From an uncultured Nitrososphaeraceae archaeon (GTDB lineage: Archaea > Thermoproteota > Nitrososphaeria > Nitrososphaerales > Nitrososphaeraceae): a stretch of 64,000 nt of DNA. Below are positions 1 through 11,809 of the stretch, one piece after another. The notes below the pieces were generated by a model. The model was not told where the DNA came from, searched no databases, and was given only the letters and a program-made list of their open reading frames with translations. The translations under genes were made by a program, and so were the position numbers. Every line of letters begins with the position of its first letter. Positions within the stretch are counted from its first letter, which is position 1. The stretch is taken from assembly GCA_963765895.1 (NCBI GenBank), contig CAVXZB010000087.1, positions 1 through 64,000 of the forward strand. Direction: 5' to 3'.

Positions 1-330
1 GCTCACATATGCTGGATTTCCGACTATGGCATAGAAGTTACAGGATGGATTATCTTTCACACGTTCTTTAGCCCAAGTAAAAACATCCGCAGATATGAGA
101 GTTATTTTACCATCCGTTATCAACTTTGCCGGATGTAGGCGGTAATGGATTTATTTCTACGCCGACTATGTTAGCATATGGATAACGTTTCACAGATTGC
201 TCCAAGAAACCCCCATGTCCTGCCATCGGGTTTAGGATCGAGGTAGAGTACCACAAAGTCCGCATAATGTTAATTCAGCTATATTAGAAGGTGTAAAGTG
301 TTGACCCAAAAACTTCGAATGCTCGCCGGT
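1..330 (-). pseudogene. N6-adenine DNA methyltransferase 5' fragment, frameshifted, runs off the window start
   Basis: Manual minus-strand translation gives FLGQHFTP (motif X), ILNPMAGHGGFL (motif I), IVGVEINP (motif II) and FYAIVGNPAYVS (motif IV, NPPY-like), in order, across two frameshifts. Confidence 0.75.
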
Positions 331-339
331 TCTGGCTAG

Positions 340-958
340 GAGGTCTTCTTATAGATACTACGGTTGCAGATATTTCTGCCGCCTGCTCCAAAGAGAACTA
401 ACTTACCGGACCCCCACTAGAGGGTTGATCAATAAGCTTGTTCCTACGTTTAAGCCAACTATCCAATTCCTTCTTTGTCTTGGATAATAGTTGCTTATTG
501 ACCTCCTTGAACCACTTTATGGCCAATGTGTAATTATTTAGTACCTAACTCCTTTTGACCCATTATCCTATTCTTTCCTTCCGGGCTCTTTTCTACTGGA
601 AGAGATACATAGGAATATTGACCTGCTGTGAATGGTAGAACTACATCTGATTTGAGCGTAGTAAAAATAAATTTAGATTCAATTCTGCCTTTGAGATGAT
701 ACTCCATTTATTGTTAGGATTAGCCTTTTCGACTTCAGACGTCTGAACACTGAGTACCTTTGCTTTCTTGTTCCCCAAAATGTCTACTATTACCGCTTGG
801 CGAGGCATCAAATCAGCGCCCTGTTTAAAGCAAGATGGATATGACTCATTTTCATTCAATATAGAAAGGTACTTTCTAAAGGAACTTTTCTTACCAAGGG
901 TAGAAAGCTCAGAGTACCAGTGGTTTTTTTTGTAAGTGACATATCGCTTTATCCTCAT
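340..958 (-). pseudogene. Degenerate C-terminal (target-recognition) fragment of a type IIG-like restriction-modification protein
   Basis: Fragments FKQGADLMPR, GRIESKFIFTTLKSDVVLPF, WLKRRNKLIDQ and KLVLFGAGGRNI resemble C-termini of large MTase/REase fusions. Several frameshifts; no N-terminus. Confidence 0.45.
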
Positions 959-1034
959 TTTCGAGTGTATCTTCTTTAATGCCCAACGCCATCACCAGAC
1001 ACATAGATCATATTATTGTTGACGTTGGGCTCTC

Positions 1035-2764
1035 CTACACCAAATTAGGTATGGCCATTTTTACGACGCTTCGCCTTAATATTATTGCTAACACTATTGA
1101 GACTACTGAGAGTATTACTGCAGAGAGAAATATTAGATTAAATGAATCTGCTGAAGGGAAATATTGTGCAATTCCATAGATATTTAATAATGATTGATGT
1201 GTCTGCATAAACATTCCTGCTAACGCTGGACCTATCGCAGCACCAATGATTCTCATAAGAGGTACTCATACCCAAAGATATGCCACTAAATTGTTTCGGG
1301 GTTGACAAGATAATTACGTTCATAGCCCCAACACTAGTCAAAGATAATCCTGTTGATAATATCGCGAGATTAGTTGAAACTAATAACTCTGTAGAATGGA
1401 ACACAAGCAAACCAATAAAACCTGCAGCAGTTATACAAGTGCCAAATATTATTGGTTTTAATGAGCCTAATTTTGATACGATATACCCAGAAGTTGGACC
1501 AAATATTAATAGCACTATGGCAAAAGGCAGCTGTACTTTTCCAGGTACTGATTGCATCTTCTCCAAATCCAACTGGTTCAGGATTTCTTACTAGAATTGG
1601 TATTGTCTGAAAGACCATAAACATGGATAGTCCAACTAGCATAATGATCAAATTCGCAGGAAGTATGGACTTGTTGAGCATTAATCTAAAATCTACTAAT
1701 GGATATTTAGAGCGTCTTTCAACGACTATAAACAGTATGAATGAAATAATTCCTCCGGTGATAAGGAATGGCAGTAGTGTGGTTGAAGAATTAGAAGAAT
1801 TATTGATATTACTATTAGTCATGTTAGTAGCAGTTGCACTACTACCACCTGATGTTTCGATGAACGTTAATACTAGCAGAAATAAGGTTATTGTAGCAGC
1901 TAAAGTAACAGCACCTTTTACGTCAATTTGATTTGCTATTCTTTTACTACTGCTCTCGTAATTTTTGTTAGTTCTTCTATCTTCAATATTGTTGTTGCTA
2001 TTGTTATTGTGCCTATTATTTTCTACAATTTTGGATTGTTTCTGTAAGTGCTCTTCTTGTTCTTCTTGTTCTTGTAGTTGCTGTTCTCCATCGTCCACAT
2101 TAATAAATCGCCTTATTATCAAAAGTAGGACAATTGCAATAGGAATGATTGTAAAGAACGTACTTCTCCATCCATAATTTTGAATGATTATCCCTCCTAC
2201 AGCTAATCCAATGACAGCTCCAGATGCAAACATAGAAGTGATCACTCCCTGACCAATAGAAATTTTTTCTCTTGGAAATACGTCTCTTACTATACCAAAA
2301 GCAATAGGAAACATCGACATTCCTATTCCCTGAATTGCCCTAGCCACAATCATAAAGTATATGTTTGTGGCAAATGCCGACAAAGAAACTCCAACAGCAT
2401 AAATTACCATTATGATCAATAGAATTTTCTTTCTTCCGTAGATATCTGATAACTTACCAGCTATAGGTGTCATAACAGCACCTGCAACAAGATATGCTGT
2501 AAGGATCCAGGAAGACATACTGTAGGATACATGAAAGTCTTTGATAAGATCTGGAATAGCAGGTATCAACATAGTTTCTGCATACATTACCATAGTTGCA
2601 ATGCAGCTTAGTAAAGCTAATACTTTCCATGCGGAAGCAGGAATCTTTACATTATTAGTTTGGGAAGATGCATATAAATTAGAAGATGAATTACTGTTGT
2701 TCCCATTATCATTATAATTCTTAGTATTAATGTCGTTCCTATTTTTGTCGGACGATGGCTTCAT
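1035..2764 (-). CDS. MFS drug/H+ antiporter-like transporter, split into 3 ORFs by two 1-nt frameshifts
   Basis: Motif A GKLSDIYGRKK, many TM segments and EmrB/QacA-like organisation. Frames join at ~1545 and ~1262, both at GTAC sites. Confidence 0.9.
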
Positions 2765-2784
2765 TTTAAAAAACCTTTATTTTA

Positions 2785-3375
2785 CTAATTTTTCTTATTT
2801 GTTCTAATTGTTGTTGAGGATGTTAATGCACTAGTTGTTGTAGCGACGGCAATATTTTTAGGAGTATTGGCAGTTGAATCTTGGACTGTTACTGTATTAT
2901 TGCTATTATTATCAACAATAGCACAATCAACATCGTCAAATTCAGTTCTTAGATTTAGCCATATCTTGTCTAAAACATCCCGCATGATGGCGATATTTTG
3001 TTCTGATATATCTCTGACAGAAATTTGCCTTATTCTAAACGAACATTCTAGCATCTTATCCCATAATGCATCTGCTTTTTCTGTACGATAAATTCTATTA
3101 TTCCTTCTATCATCTGCATCTACTTTTCTTATTACTAGCCTTACCTTTTCCATTTTATCTATAATCGGAATGAGTGTCGGACCTTCTAATCCTAGCCTAT
3201 CGGCAATCTCTTTTTGAGTTAAACCATTTTGATCTACAAGCATTACAATTACCTTCCATTGACTAAAAGTTACACCTACTTTGTCACGTAATTCTGTATC
3301 AAATGCCTTGGCGAAGGCCTTTGCTGTCCTGTTAACTATAAATCCTATATTATTTTTATAATCATATTTTTGCAT
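2785..3375 (-). CDS. MarR family transcriptional regulator
   Basis: LTQKEIADRLGLEGPTLIPIIDKMEK...DADDRR winged-helix motif; lies directly upstream of the MFS gene. Confidence 0.92.
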   Translation of the reverse strand: MQKYDYKNNIGFIVNRTAKAFAKAFDTELRDKVGVTFSQWKVIVMLVDQNGLTQKEIADRLGLEGPTLIPIIDKMEKVRLVIRKVDADDRRNNRIYRTEKADALWDKMLECSFRIRQISVRDISEQNIAIMRDVLDKIWLNLRTEFDDVDCAIVDNNSNNTVTVQDSTANTPKNIAVATTTSALTSSTTIRTNKKN

Positions 3376-3385
3376 GTTATGATAT

Positions 3386-3420
3386 CTAATTAATAGTATG
3401 CTAATTAATAGTATATAAAT
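3386..3420 (-). promoter_or_regulatory. Candidate MarR operator and TATA box of the marR-MFS operon
   Basis: Direct repeat CTAATTAATAGTAT at 3386-3399 and 3401-3414, between the marR start and a minus-strand TTTATATA box at ~3412-3419. Confidence 0.45.
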
Positions 3421-4349
3421 ATTTAATAATTATTTGGATATCGAGTAATACCGAATAAATAGAATACACATTTTATTCGCTTCAATTATTGATTAAAATA
3501 ATATTACTAACTCCTACCGCTCAAAGTTATGCCAAAGAATAAAGGGGTTTGATAAATTCTGAACATGAAGTAGAATTGAGATAATTTAATCTATAGATCA
3601 TCAGTATTCCTAATTCCTATTTTATAATTGCCATTATTTTGGCACAACAATTTCTTCTAAAACAAATAATTCGAAATCCTGCAAGAGCCTGTGATCTATA
3701 TATCACGGTAACTACACTGACAGAAAAACTTACAAGGCCGTGACGAGTGGGAGAACGTCTTTCGATGCTTGTGGATTGTTTGCAACGAACATCGAAACTC
3801 CCACTGGCAAGTATCTAAGCTATAGTCCGTATCAGAAGTTTGGTAAACTAATGGTTTGATAGAAGGAACAGCCAAATTTTTCTACCATCAAATATGGGAA
3901 GTTGTCCAATTGCTTATAAGAGAATAATATATTTGAATCAGCCTTTATTTTGATCAACATGTTCTTGCAACATCCGTTACCCTAGATTTTAGAGGATTAA
4001 AAAAATGGACGCAAGTTAAGCCATATCAAGATCTTGAAAAGAATACTGCCAGTTTTAAATACAAAATACAGTTATTTCGAGGCCATTCAAAGCAGTTATT
4101 CATAAAAACACGAATATTATTTAATTCATAAATTTATCTGTGAAATATCTAATTATGTATTCTCAGGGTAACTATTTACTGTAGCTGCCAAAAATCAAGT
4201 GCGTCAAAGGTCATGTTAACATTTTCTTCTCCTTTATCCTAATATTCTTAAATGAAACATGGGAACCTGCATGATGATTTTGGATTCCAATATATCCTAC
4301 AGTGAGTCTGTTGCCTGTAAACTCTGGTATTACTTTTTTACCATTTAAC

Positions 4350-5307
4350 GGCTCTGTAGAAACCATGTTCTGAATACCGTTAGAGCTTTCTAGACGTATG
4401 ATCCAATATGGATGTTGAAAGAATCAAGATATGTTAGGCTGGCTAATACTATGTACCGTGTCTTGAGAAATTCAAGGATACCATTGTTTCTTCACAGAAA
4501 GAGCAATCATGCATTTATGATATGGCAGCATTTAGTATTACTTACAATAAGACAGTACGAAGGTAAGAGTTATAGGATGTTTGTCGAGTGGTTAGTCGAG
4601 GCATATTACCTTAGATTGTACCTACGATTGTCACGTATTCCTCATTTTACAACATTGCAAAAGTTTACAGACAGACAGAATTAGCAATTCACTGCTTGAG
4701 AAGATAATTTCGTCATTCATTGTAATTAGCTGGTACGAAGCATATCTTTGTAGGAATAGATTCAACAGGATTTAAAATAACTCATGCTTCACAGTATTAT
4801 GATGAACGAATAGAAGCAAGAAGAAAATATGCGAAATTATCTATTGGAGCTGATGTATTACAACAGATTATCTGCAACATAAGGATAAGACGAGCTCCTA
4901 CAAGACATGATAATGTAGATTTCAAGCCAATCATAACAAGAATAGCTGAAATTCTACCATTATCCGTAGTTACAGCTGATAAGGGATATGATAGTGAAGA
5001 TAATCATCAGTTGGTAAGAGAAACCTTGCATGCATTCAGTGTTATTCCAGCTCGATATGAACATGTACCGATATGGAGAACACATGGCAGATATAGAAAG
5101 CAGATGAAACGTGGATATAACGAACTATTTGTACAATCAACGAAACAAGGATGAGACCATAATGTCTGTCATAAAACGACTATTTGGAGAATATATTTCT
5201 TCAAGGCTAGTAAAAACACAGAACAGGGAACTATCATTCAGATGCATAGCCTATAACATGCACAGGCTAACGAATATTGTCATTTTTGTGATGATTTCTA
5301 CATGGCC
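4350..5307 (+). mobile_element. IS5-family insertion sequence, ISH1-like group, ~958 bp
   Basis: Imperfect TIRs GGCTCTGTAGAAACC / revcomp GGCCATGTAGAAATC; 8-bp target duplication CATTTAAC at 4342-4349 and 5308-5315. Confidence 0.9.
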
Positions 5308-5314
5308 CATTTAA
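4412..5314 (+). CDS. IS5-family DDE transposase, three frameshifts
   Basis: IPHFTTLQKF, GIDSTGF (D1), TADKGYDSE (D2) and YNQRNKDETIMSVIK (YREK, E) motifs across the frames. Confidence 0.88.
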
Positions 5315-7147
5315 CATACACTATATTTTTGATTTGTTATTTCTATCTCAAAGGTATTCCATTGGCCTTGGTTTTGATACTGCTGCGTCTGAGGGAGAGG
5401 CAAAGTTGTATATTGCACCTGTTTTATGAAGAGGATTGCCATCAGGCGCCGCCAGATCATCAATTTGTATCTCATACCCTGTATTGACAGCTATCATAGG
5501 ATCATTGTCTGGATTTGAAAATCTGACAAATTACTCCTGAATTGTCATTTATACTACTGGCTTTCCAATCAACCTTTAGTACGAAATCCTTGGTACTTCT
5601 TTTCAGCATACCATAGTAATCCCATTCCCCCTTCTGATTGCAATGATTTGTCGTATTCAACAAGTACAAATTCACCAGGACCGGCCATACGCCAGCTATC
5701 CATACTTAGTCCATCAAACAGGTAGAAGAATTCATTACTGTCATTGTTATTATATTTCATATTTTGTAAGATAGCCTAAGGCGTGGTAGTACTAATGTAC
5801 TCCGCTCTGATAAATGATGGCGCTCCTTTCATAACAGATATACTTGGTTTCACACTAAATGTACCTAATCGCAGATTGTCAGTGCCTTTGGATTAACTGT
5901 CCCTTTATAGTCTAGTGGAGAATACTATATATCCTATATAGTGCTTATTCATCATCGAAACAATTCGTTTTCTATAATTAAGTCTATTTTTCTTTGCTTC
6001 AGAAAAGATTCATACATATATTTTCCTAGGCATTCCAATTTGGTAGCCTTAGGATTAAGTGCCTTAATCTATAGAGTGGTACAAATAGATTGCAAGGGTC
6101 CTAACTGTCCAAAACCCAGAAGACCTTCGTTATTTTGTACAAATTGACTCTGGTCCCCGGCGCCAAAGTAAAACCCAATACTTTTACTGGATGCCAACAG
6201 ACCTACCAGCACTGCTCAGTTTCTTTATGCCAATGGATATGAATCATATTTCAATTACAATGGCCCAAAGCTTTCCACCTATCGCCTCTGGTCTCAGTAT
6301 ACGAGACATAGAAGCTATAGATTGAGGCATCGATTGGTCATCTTGTTCCGTGCATTGGGAATTTTGATAGACCCTTTGTAAGATTTCAACAATTTCATAC
6401 AACAATAGATGCCTCCAATGTCCGTGGTTGTACCTTTATTATACATTATACATAGCCTATGGAATATAGTTACTATGGGCAATCCATATTTAGTAATCCT
6501 TAAGGTGCATCCTCCCTCCTTACATTAAGAAGGCATATCTATATCGACGATGGTGTTTGCATCTCCATTACTACGCATTTCATTGTTGAATTTCGTAGTA
6601 GCGATAGTTATGCTAATAATAGGAATAGAATGTATCGTACAGGCAATATCTGGCAGAAGATTGATAACTTCTTCTAGGAGTATTAGACTATAGGATATAT
6701 AGGAGCAGCAAGAGCACCACTATAGAGTGTATATAATAACAATACTCACTCTTATGATGCATACCTTATCGTTTTATTATTTTTCTTCCTGATTTAAATA
6801 TCTCATATCGTTATTATACAAATGGCTGTCTTCATAATTAGATAATGACCCATCCACTGTTAAATACAGTGATTCATGTAATCGATACTCTCGCATAAAC
6901 TCAAATACCGGACTGCTATATAGAGTTGTATGTATGGCAGCCCTCAGAGAGAAAATGTTAGATAATCGACACTACAATATCTTAATATGATCCATATTCC
7001 AAAATCTGAATTATCGGAATTCACAATTGCACTCGTCATTCAAGCTAAAATTAAACTCATTTCCATCATTAGAAGAGTACACAGCACCAAAAATCATTAT
7101 CTACAATATGATTCTCTATCACTCCTAATGCAGAAGAGGGAAAATCA

Positions 7148-8056
7148 ATGGCAACAATAAACCTGTGGCCAGAGTTGCCATTAGCAGAATGGAAAGATAC
7201 TTACGAGACGCTACATATGTGGACCCAGATTGTTGGCAAGATCCGTCTCAGACTCACTCCGCTAGTGAATCAATGGTGGAACGTTACTTTGTATGTAACA
7301 CCTCGCGGACTCACGACATCTGCTATCCCATACGATGATCGACTATTTCAGATAGACTTTGATTTCGTTTCCCATCTCCTAATTATTGAAACGATCGATG
7401 GCTCTACTAAGACCATGACTTTGCGCTCGCGTTCAGTCGCTGATTTTTATCAAGAAGTGATGGCCGCTCTGAACTCGCTTGGAATGCCTGTAACTATCTG
7501 GACTACGCCTGTAGAAGTGCCGGATCGAACTCCATTTGAGAATGATGAGAAGCATGCCACTTATGATCCTGAATATGCGCAGCGGTTCTGGCTAATTCTG
7601 GCACAGGCAAGCAGAGTGCTTATGAAGTTTCGTTCTCGATTTACAGGCAAAGTAAGCCCAGTACATTTTTTCTGGGGGGCCTTTGATCTAGCCGTCACCC
7701 GCTTTTCTGGACGTCCAGCACCTGCTCATCCAGGTGCGCCAAACTGTGGCCTTTTTGTGATGCAGGAAGCCTATTCGCAGGAAGTTAGTAGTTGTGGTTT
7801 CTGGCCTGGCGGCGGTCTACTTGATGAACCGGCTTTCTATTCATATGCCTATCCGGAGCCGCAGCACTTCAGAGAATACCCTATTCAGCCGGTTGAGGCA
7901 TTTTACCATACGGGAATAAGCGAGTTCCTGCTGCCCTACGAAGTGGTTCGTACTGCAAAGTCACCTGATGAGGTCTTGCTTAGTTTCCTACAGAGTACAT
8001 ATGAGGCAGTCGCTGAGTCTGCCGGCTGGGATCGAGATGCATTGGAGCGTCACTAG
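7148..8056 (+). CDS. DUF5996 (Ava_C0101-like) family protein
   Basis: WKDTYETLHMWTQIVGK, SPVHFFWGAFDLAVTRFSGR, EAYSQEVSSCGFWPG and PAFYSYAYPEP signature motifs; intact 302 aa. Confidence 0.88.
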   Translation: MATINLWPELPLAEWKDTYETLHMWTQIVGKIRLRLTPLVNQWWNVTLYVTPRGLTTSAIPYDDRLFQIDFDFVSHLLIIETIDGSTKTMTLRSRSVADFYQEVMAALNSLGMPVTIWTTPVEVPDRTPFENDEKHATYDPEYAQRFWLILAQASRVLMKFRSRFTGKVSPVHFFWGAFDLAVTRFSGRPAPAHPGAPNCGLFVMQEAYSQEVSSCGFWPGGGLLDEPAFYSYAYPEPQHFREYPIQPVEAFYHTGISEFLLPYEVVRTAKSPDEVLLSFLQSTYEAVAESAGWDRDALERH

Positions 8057-8125
8057 GCAGTTTTGTCCCTCATGCTTGTTGTTGCCTTCTCTAGATCTCT
8101 TATAATCTAGCAGATAAAGACATAG

Positions 8126-8250
8126 TATCCAGAGGCATGTGCTTATCTTGATCTTAAACACCTACTTCATTCGCCCTTCGGAAAAAGTATCATAGAAAGA
8201 TCAATTGAGTATTACAAAGATAGAACTGAAAATTTTGATGATCACTGGCA
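8126..8250 (+). mobile_element. IS6-family transposase remnant (C-terminal fragment)
   Basis: Translates as YPEACAYLDLKHLLHSPFGKSIIERSIEYYKDRTENFDDH, homologous to the remnant at 63.7-63.9 kb. Confidence 0.7.
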
Positions 8251-8612
8251 TATGACTGCCACTATCTGCAACCAATTTTATGTAAGTTTTACTAATATTA
8301 GTAACATAGGCACAAAAGGTACCATAACTATTACAAAAATAATCTCAGTAATAAGTTCATTAATTCGTGCTCAAAATAGGGAGACCCATTTTTACAGCTT
8401 TTATCAGGAGAACGTTACTAAGAAGGGACGAAGCCATTAAGCGAAGTCATTATCGATATCTGATTCTACAAAGGATCCCTTATTTTGTATTCGTGTGATT
8501 GACTGAATGTAAACCCCGTTTGTCTTAGCAAATTCAGTGAATCCACTATAGTCCAATGTTCTATAATGTGCCATTCATTTTGTGTCAGGAAGCCTTTCGA
8601 TAATAGTCTATT

Positions 8613-8873
8613 TTATGCACTGACGCGAGTAAGGGCACTAAATTCCCTTCTAGCCTCATCTGTTTTGTTGCTTATCCTTAATTTTACATCATAATTCATG
8701 TTCCTTGGCTTAGTCCTTAGCTTGTAGCCGCAGCATGGACAGAACGACGAATCCCATATCATAAATATTTCACAAATTTGGCAGCGTCTCTGTCCCATAG
8801 CATAACGACTGAGTCCTGGTGGCTTTTGTGCCTTATGACGAATACATCTACCCTTACACACCATGTTTATCAT
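8613..8873 (-). CDS. Small Cys-rich zinc-binding protein (thaumarchaeal type)
   Basis: CKGRC...RRCQICEIF...FCPCCGYKLRTKPR; probable start MVCK at 8864 overlaps the cdc48 stop. Confidence 0.75.
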   Translation of the reverse strand: MINMVCKGRCIRHKAQKPPGLSRYAMGQRRCQICEIFMIWDSSFCPCCGYKLRTKPRNMNYDVKLRISNKTDEARREFSALTRVSA

Positions 8874-11209
8874 AATCCCTTTTCTTTATCTTTTGAAGTG
8901 CGTTTTCGAAATGTTTCATTGAAATTCTTAATGGTATTCTTGTATTGGTACTGCCGATGAACTTGTTTGGATTTGAATTTTCAACATCATCGTTATTATT
9001 ATTATTATTATTGCTGCTAAGTATTCTTTCAGTCGTCGTTATTGTTGTTGTTGTTGACTTTAGGGATGAGTTTGACGTAGCTTCTCTCTCGTCTTTAATT
9101 GTGTTATTATTATTTTCATTCCTAATAGTGAGGTGTTCCTTGATTGCAGATATTGCTGCAGCATTTACCATTGCTGCGATATCTGCTCCAGTCCACATTT
9201 CAGTTAACTCCGATATTTTTTCCAGGTCTACTGTATTATCAAGTGGTTTTCTTTTAGTATGAATATTCAGTATTTCCTTGCGTGCATCCTTATTTGGCAA
9301 AGGAACCTCAAGTATTCTATCAAACCTTCCTGGTCGTAGTAATGCCTCATCAATCATATCTGGTCTATTTGTTGCACCTATTACGACGACTCCGTTAAGG
9401 TCTTCCAATCCGTCCATCTCAGTTAGCATCTGGCTGATTACCCTTTCTGTGACGTGCGCATCACCACCAGATCCTCTTCGCGGTGCTACAGCATCTAATT
9501 CATCAAAGAAAACTACACAAGGCGTAGCCTGTCTAGCTTTTCTGAAAATTTCCCGGACTGCCTTTTCAGACTCTCCGACCCATTTTGACAAGAGTTCTGG
9601 CCCTTTAATGCCAATGAAATTAGCTTCAGAAGTTGTTGCAACCGCCTTTGCAATCATTGTTTTTCCTGTTCCTGGAGCACCGTACAATAGTATACCTGTT
9701 GGGGGCTTAACATCAGCCTCTCTAAATAGATCTGCGTGTTTTAACGGCCATTCGACAGCCTCAGCTATTTCTTCCTTAATATCAACTAGACCACCTATCT
9801 CCTCCCATTTTACATTTGGTTTTTGTATCTGTACTTCTCTCATAGCAGATGGTTGAATATCTCTTAATGCATCACTAAAATCTTGATTGGTAATTTTGAT
9901 TTTATTTAAAGTTTCAATCGGAATTTTTGACTGCTCCATATTGATTTCAGGAAGTTACTTTTCGCAATGATCTCATTGCTGCTTCCTTTGCTAAGGCTTC
10001 TAAATCAGCACCAACAAAACCATGGGTTAATTTAGCAAGGGATTCTAGATTAACTTCATCTGTTAGCGGCATACCTCGAGTATGAATCTGTAAAATGTCA
10101 AATCTACCCTCTTGATTTGGTATTCCTATTTCGATTTCTCTATCAAATCTTCCTGGTCTTCTTAATGCCGGATCCAATGCATTAGGCCGATTGGTAGCAC
10201 CTATTACTACGAGTTTGCCTCTTGCTTCTAGTCCATCCATCAGTGTTAATAGTTGTGACACAACCCTTTTTTCAACATCGCCTAAAACCTCCTCTCTTTT
10301 TGGAGCTATTGAATCTATCTCATCAATAAATACTATAGATGGAGTATTTTCCTTAGCTTGTTTGAATGTTTCTCTTAGTCTTTCTTCACTTTCGCCATAA
10401 AATTTGCTCATTATTTCTGGTCCACCTATAGAAAAGAAATTAGCGTTTGTCTCACTAGCCACTGCCTTTGCTAACAGGGTTTTTCCTGTGCCAGGAGGAC
10501 CATACAATAAAACTCCCTTCGGCGCTTCAATACCTATTCTTTCAAATATTTCTGGATGTCTTAGTGGAAGCTCAATCATTTCCCTTACTTTTTGAACTTC
10601 ATTTTTGAGTCCGCCTATGTCTTCATAGGTAATTCTGGGAACAACGCCTTGCCCAGTTGCGCTTTTAGGCACAGAACCAATAATAAATTCAGTTACATGT
10701 ATATCCACTAGAGACGCTGCATTGGATGACGTCTGAGGTGATACACTAGTAATTACAAAACCAATTTTCCTTCCCATTAAATTTAATGGAATCATGTCTC
10801 CCTTGGAAAATATGCGTCCCTCGAGCAATTCTGGTAGATGTTCCTCAAGTCCTACAACATTTAGCTCTTCTGTGGGGTACAAAATTATTTGTTCTGCCTT
10901 TCTTATGTTGCTAACCTTTCGTATTTGCACTTTGTCGTCAATTCCTGCAGCAATATTATTACGAGTATAACCATCGATTCTGATCAATCCTTTACCATAA
11001 TCAATCTGCTGGCCTGACCAGAGTAAACCAAAAGTTTTCTTTTTTCCAGCTATTTCGATTACATCTCCAGTTGATAATGACAATTCCTGCATTACCTTTG
11101 GATCAATTAAAGCAATTCCTCTACCCACGAACTTTGGATTGGTCTCGGCAATCCTAAGTGTTATATTATTGTTATTATTGTTATTATTGAAATTATCACC
11201 TTTCACCAT
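8854..11209 (-). CDS. cdc48: Cdc48/VAT AAA+ ATPase, single 1-nt frameshift at ~9955
   Basis: N-domain plus two AAA modules ([12 protein letters not shown] and [21 protein letters not shown]). Removing one base in GTAAC restores RKVLPEINME. Confidence 0.96.
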
Positions 11210-11266
11210 ATTCTCTCATCCCACCTCCACTACAAATTTTCAAATTAAAATAAAATTGGAAATAAG

Positions 11267-11809
11267 TTATTCTACTTTTACCTCCGTAGACTGTGGTGTT
11301 GGAGCTTTTTTTAGCTTAATCTTAAGTTCCAATATTCCATTAGAGTAGATTGCTTTTGCAGATTTACTATCTAGCTCACTATTTATTGGTATATCCGAGT
11401 GATATTTTTTATCATCTTTTTCAGCATGTATTGAAACATAATTTTCGTGAATATTCACTTTAACATCTTCTTTTGTTACTCCAGGCATCTCTGCTGTAAT
11501 TATTAATGTGTTATTCTTTTCATCTATAGATGTATCAATTAGTGGTTCTCTAACACCTGTTTTTTCGATTAGACCCTTGGCTGCTGGCCTAATGTTTCCA
11601 AACTCTCTCACCCTGGGTTTTCCATCTGGACCTACTGTGACCTGATATCCGTAATAATACGGCATAGTGCCTGTTTCAGAAGGAAATCCTTCTCTTACTG
11701 TCTTGAACAACCGACCGACCATGTCTTCAGCTTCTGCAAATTCTCTATCTACGTCTTCAAAGATTCTTGAACTAAATCTCCATGGATCTCTCCACATGTT
11801 GTATGTCAC
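11267..11809 (-). CDS. hsp20: Archaeal small heat shock protein Hsp20
   Basis: YYGYQVTVGPDGKPRVREFGN, AEMPGV and YSNGILEL alpha-crystallin motifs; upstream of cdc48. Confidence 0.95.
   Translation of the reverse strand: MTYNMWRDPWRFSSRIFEDVDREFAEAEDMVGRLFKTVREGFPSETGTMPYYYGYQVTVGPDGKPRVREFGNIRPAAKGLIEKTGVREPLIDTSIDEKNNTLIITAEMPGVTKEDVKVNIHENYVSIHAEKDDKKYHSDIPINSELDSKSAKAIYSNGILELKIKLKKAPTPQSTEVKVE

Larger units (their letters stand above)
4211..5760 (-). pseudogene. DUF1080 (3-keto-disaccharide hydrolase-like) gene interrupted by an IS element
   Basis: N-part LFDG...GGMGLLWY...DNSG...GYEIQIDD...TGAIY...GQWNTFEI at 5316-5760. The C-part LNGKKV...GYIGIQNHH...VSFKNIRIKE* resumes at 4349-4211 on the other side of the IS. 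Confidence 0.85.

Noticed and set aside
6550-6680. Hydrophobic fragment MVFASPLL...LIIGIECIVQAISGR, possibly a DUF308-type membrane protein relic
   Set aside because: Too short and degraded to assign.
9278-9856. Long antisense ORFs (also 14304-14729, 46920-47570, 47990-48322, 36542-36847)
   Set aside because: Shadow frames opposite well-supported genes.
9940-9960. Split cdc48 (and split radA at ~37328) as programmed frameshifting or true gene fission
   Set aside because: No slippery heptamer. One-base removal restores canonical proteins, and similar indels occur throughout the window, consistent with sequencing error.
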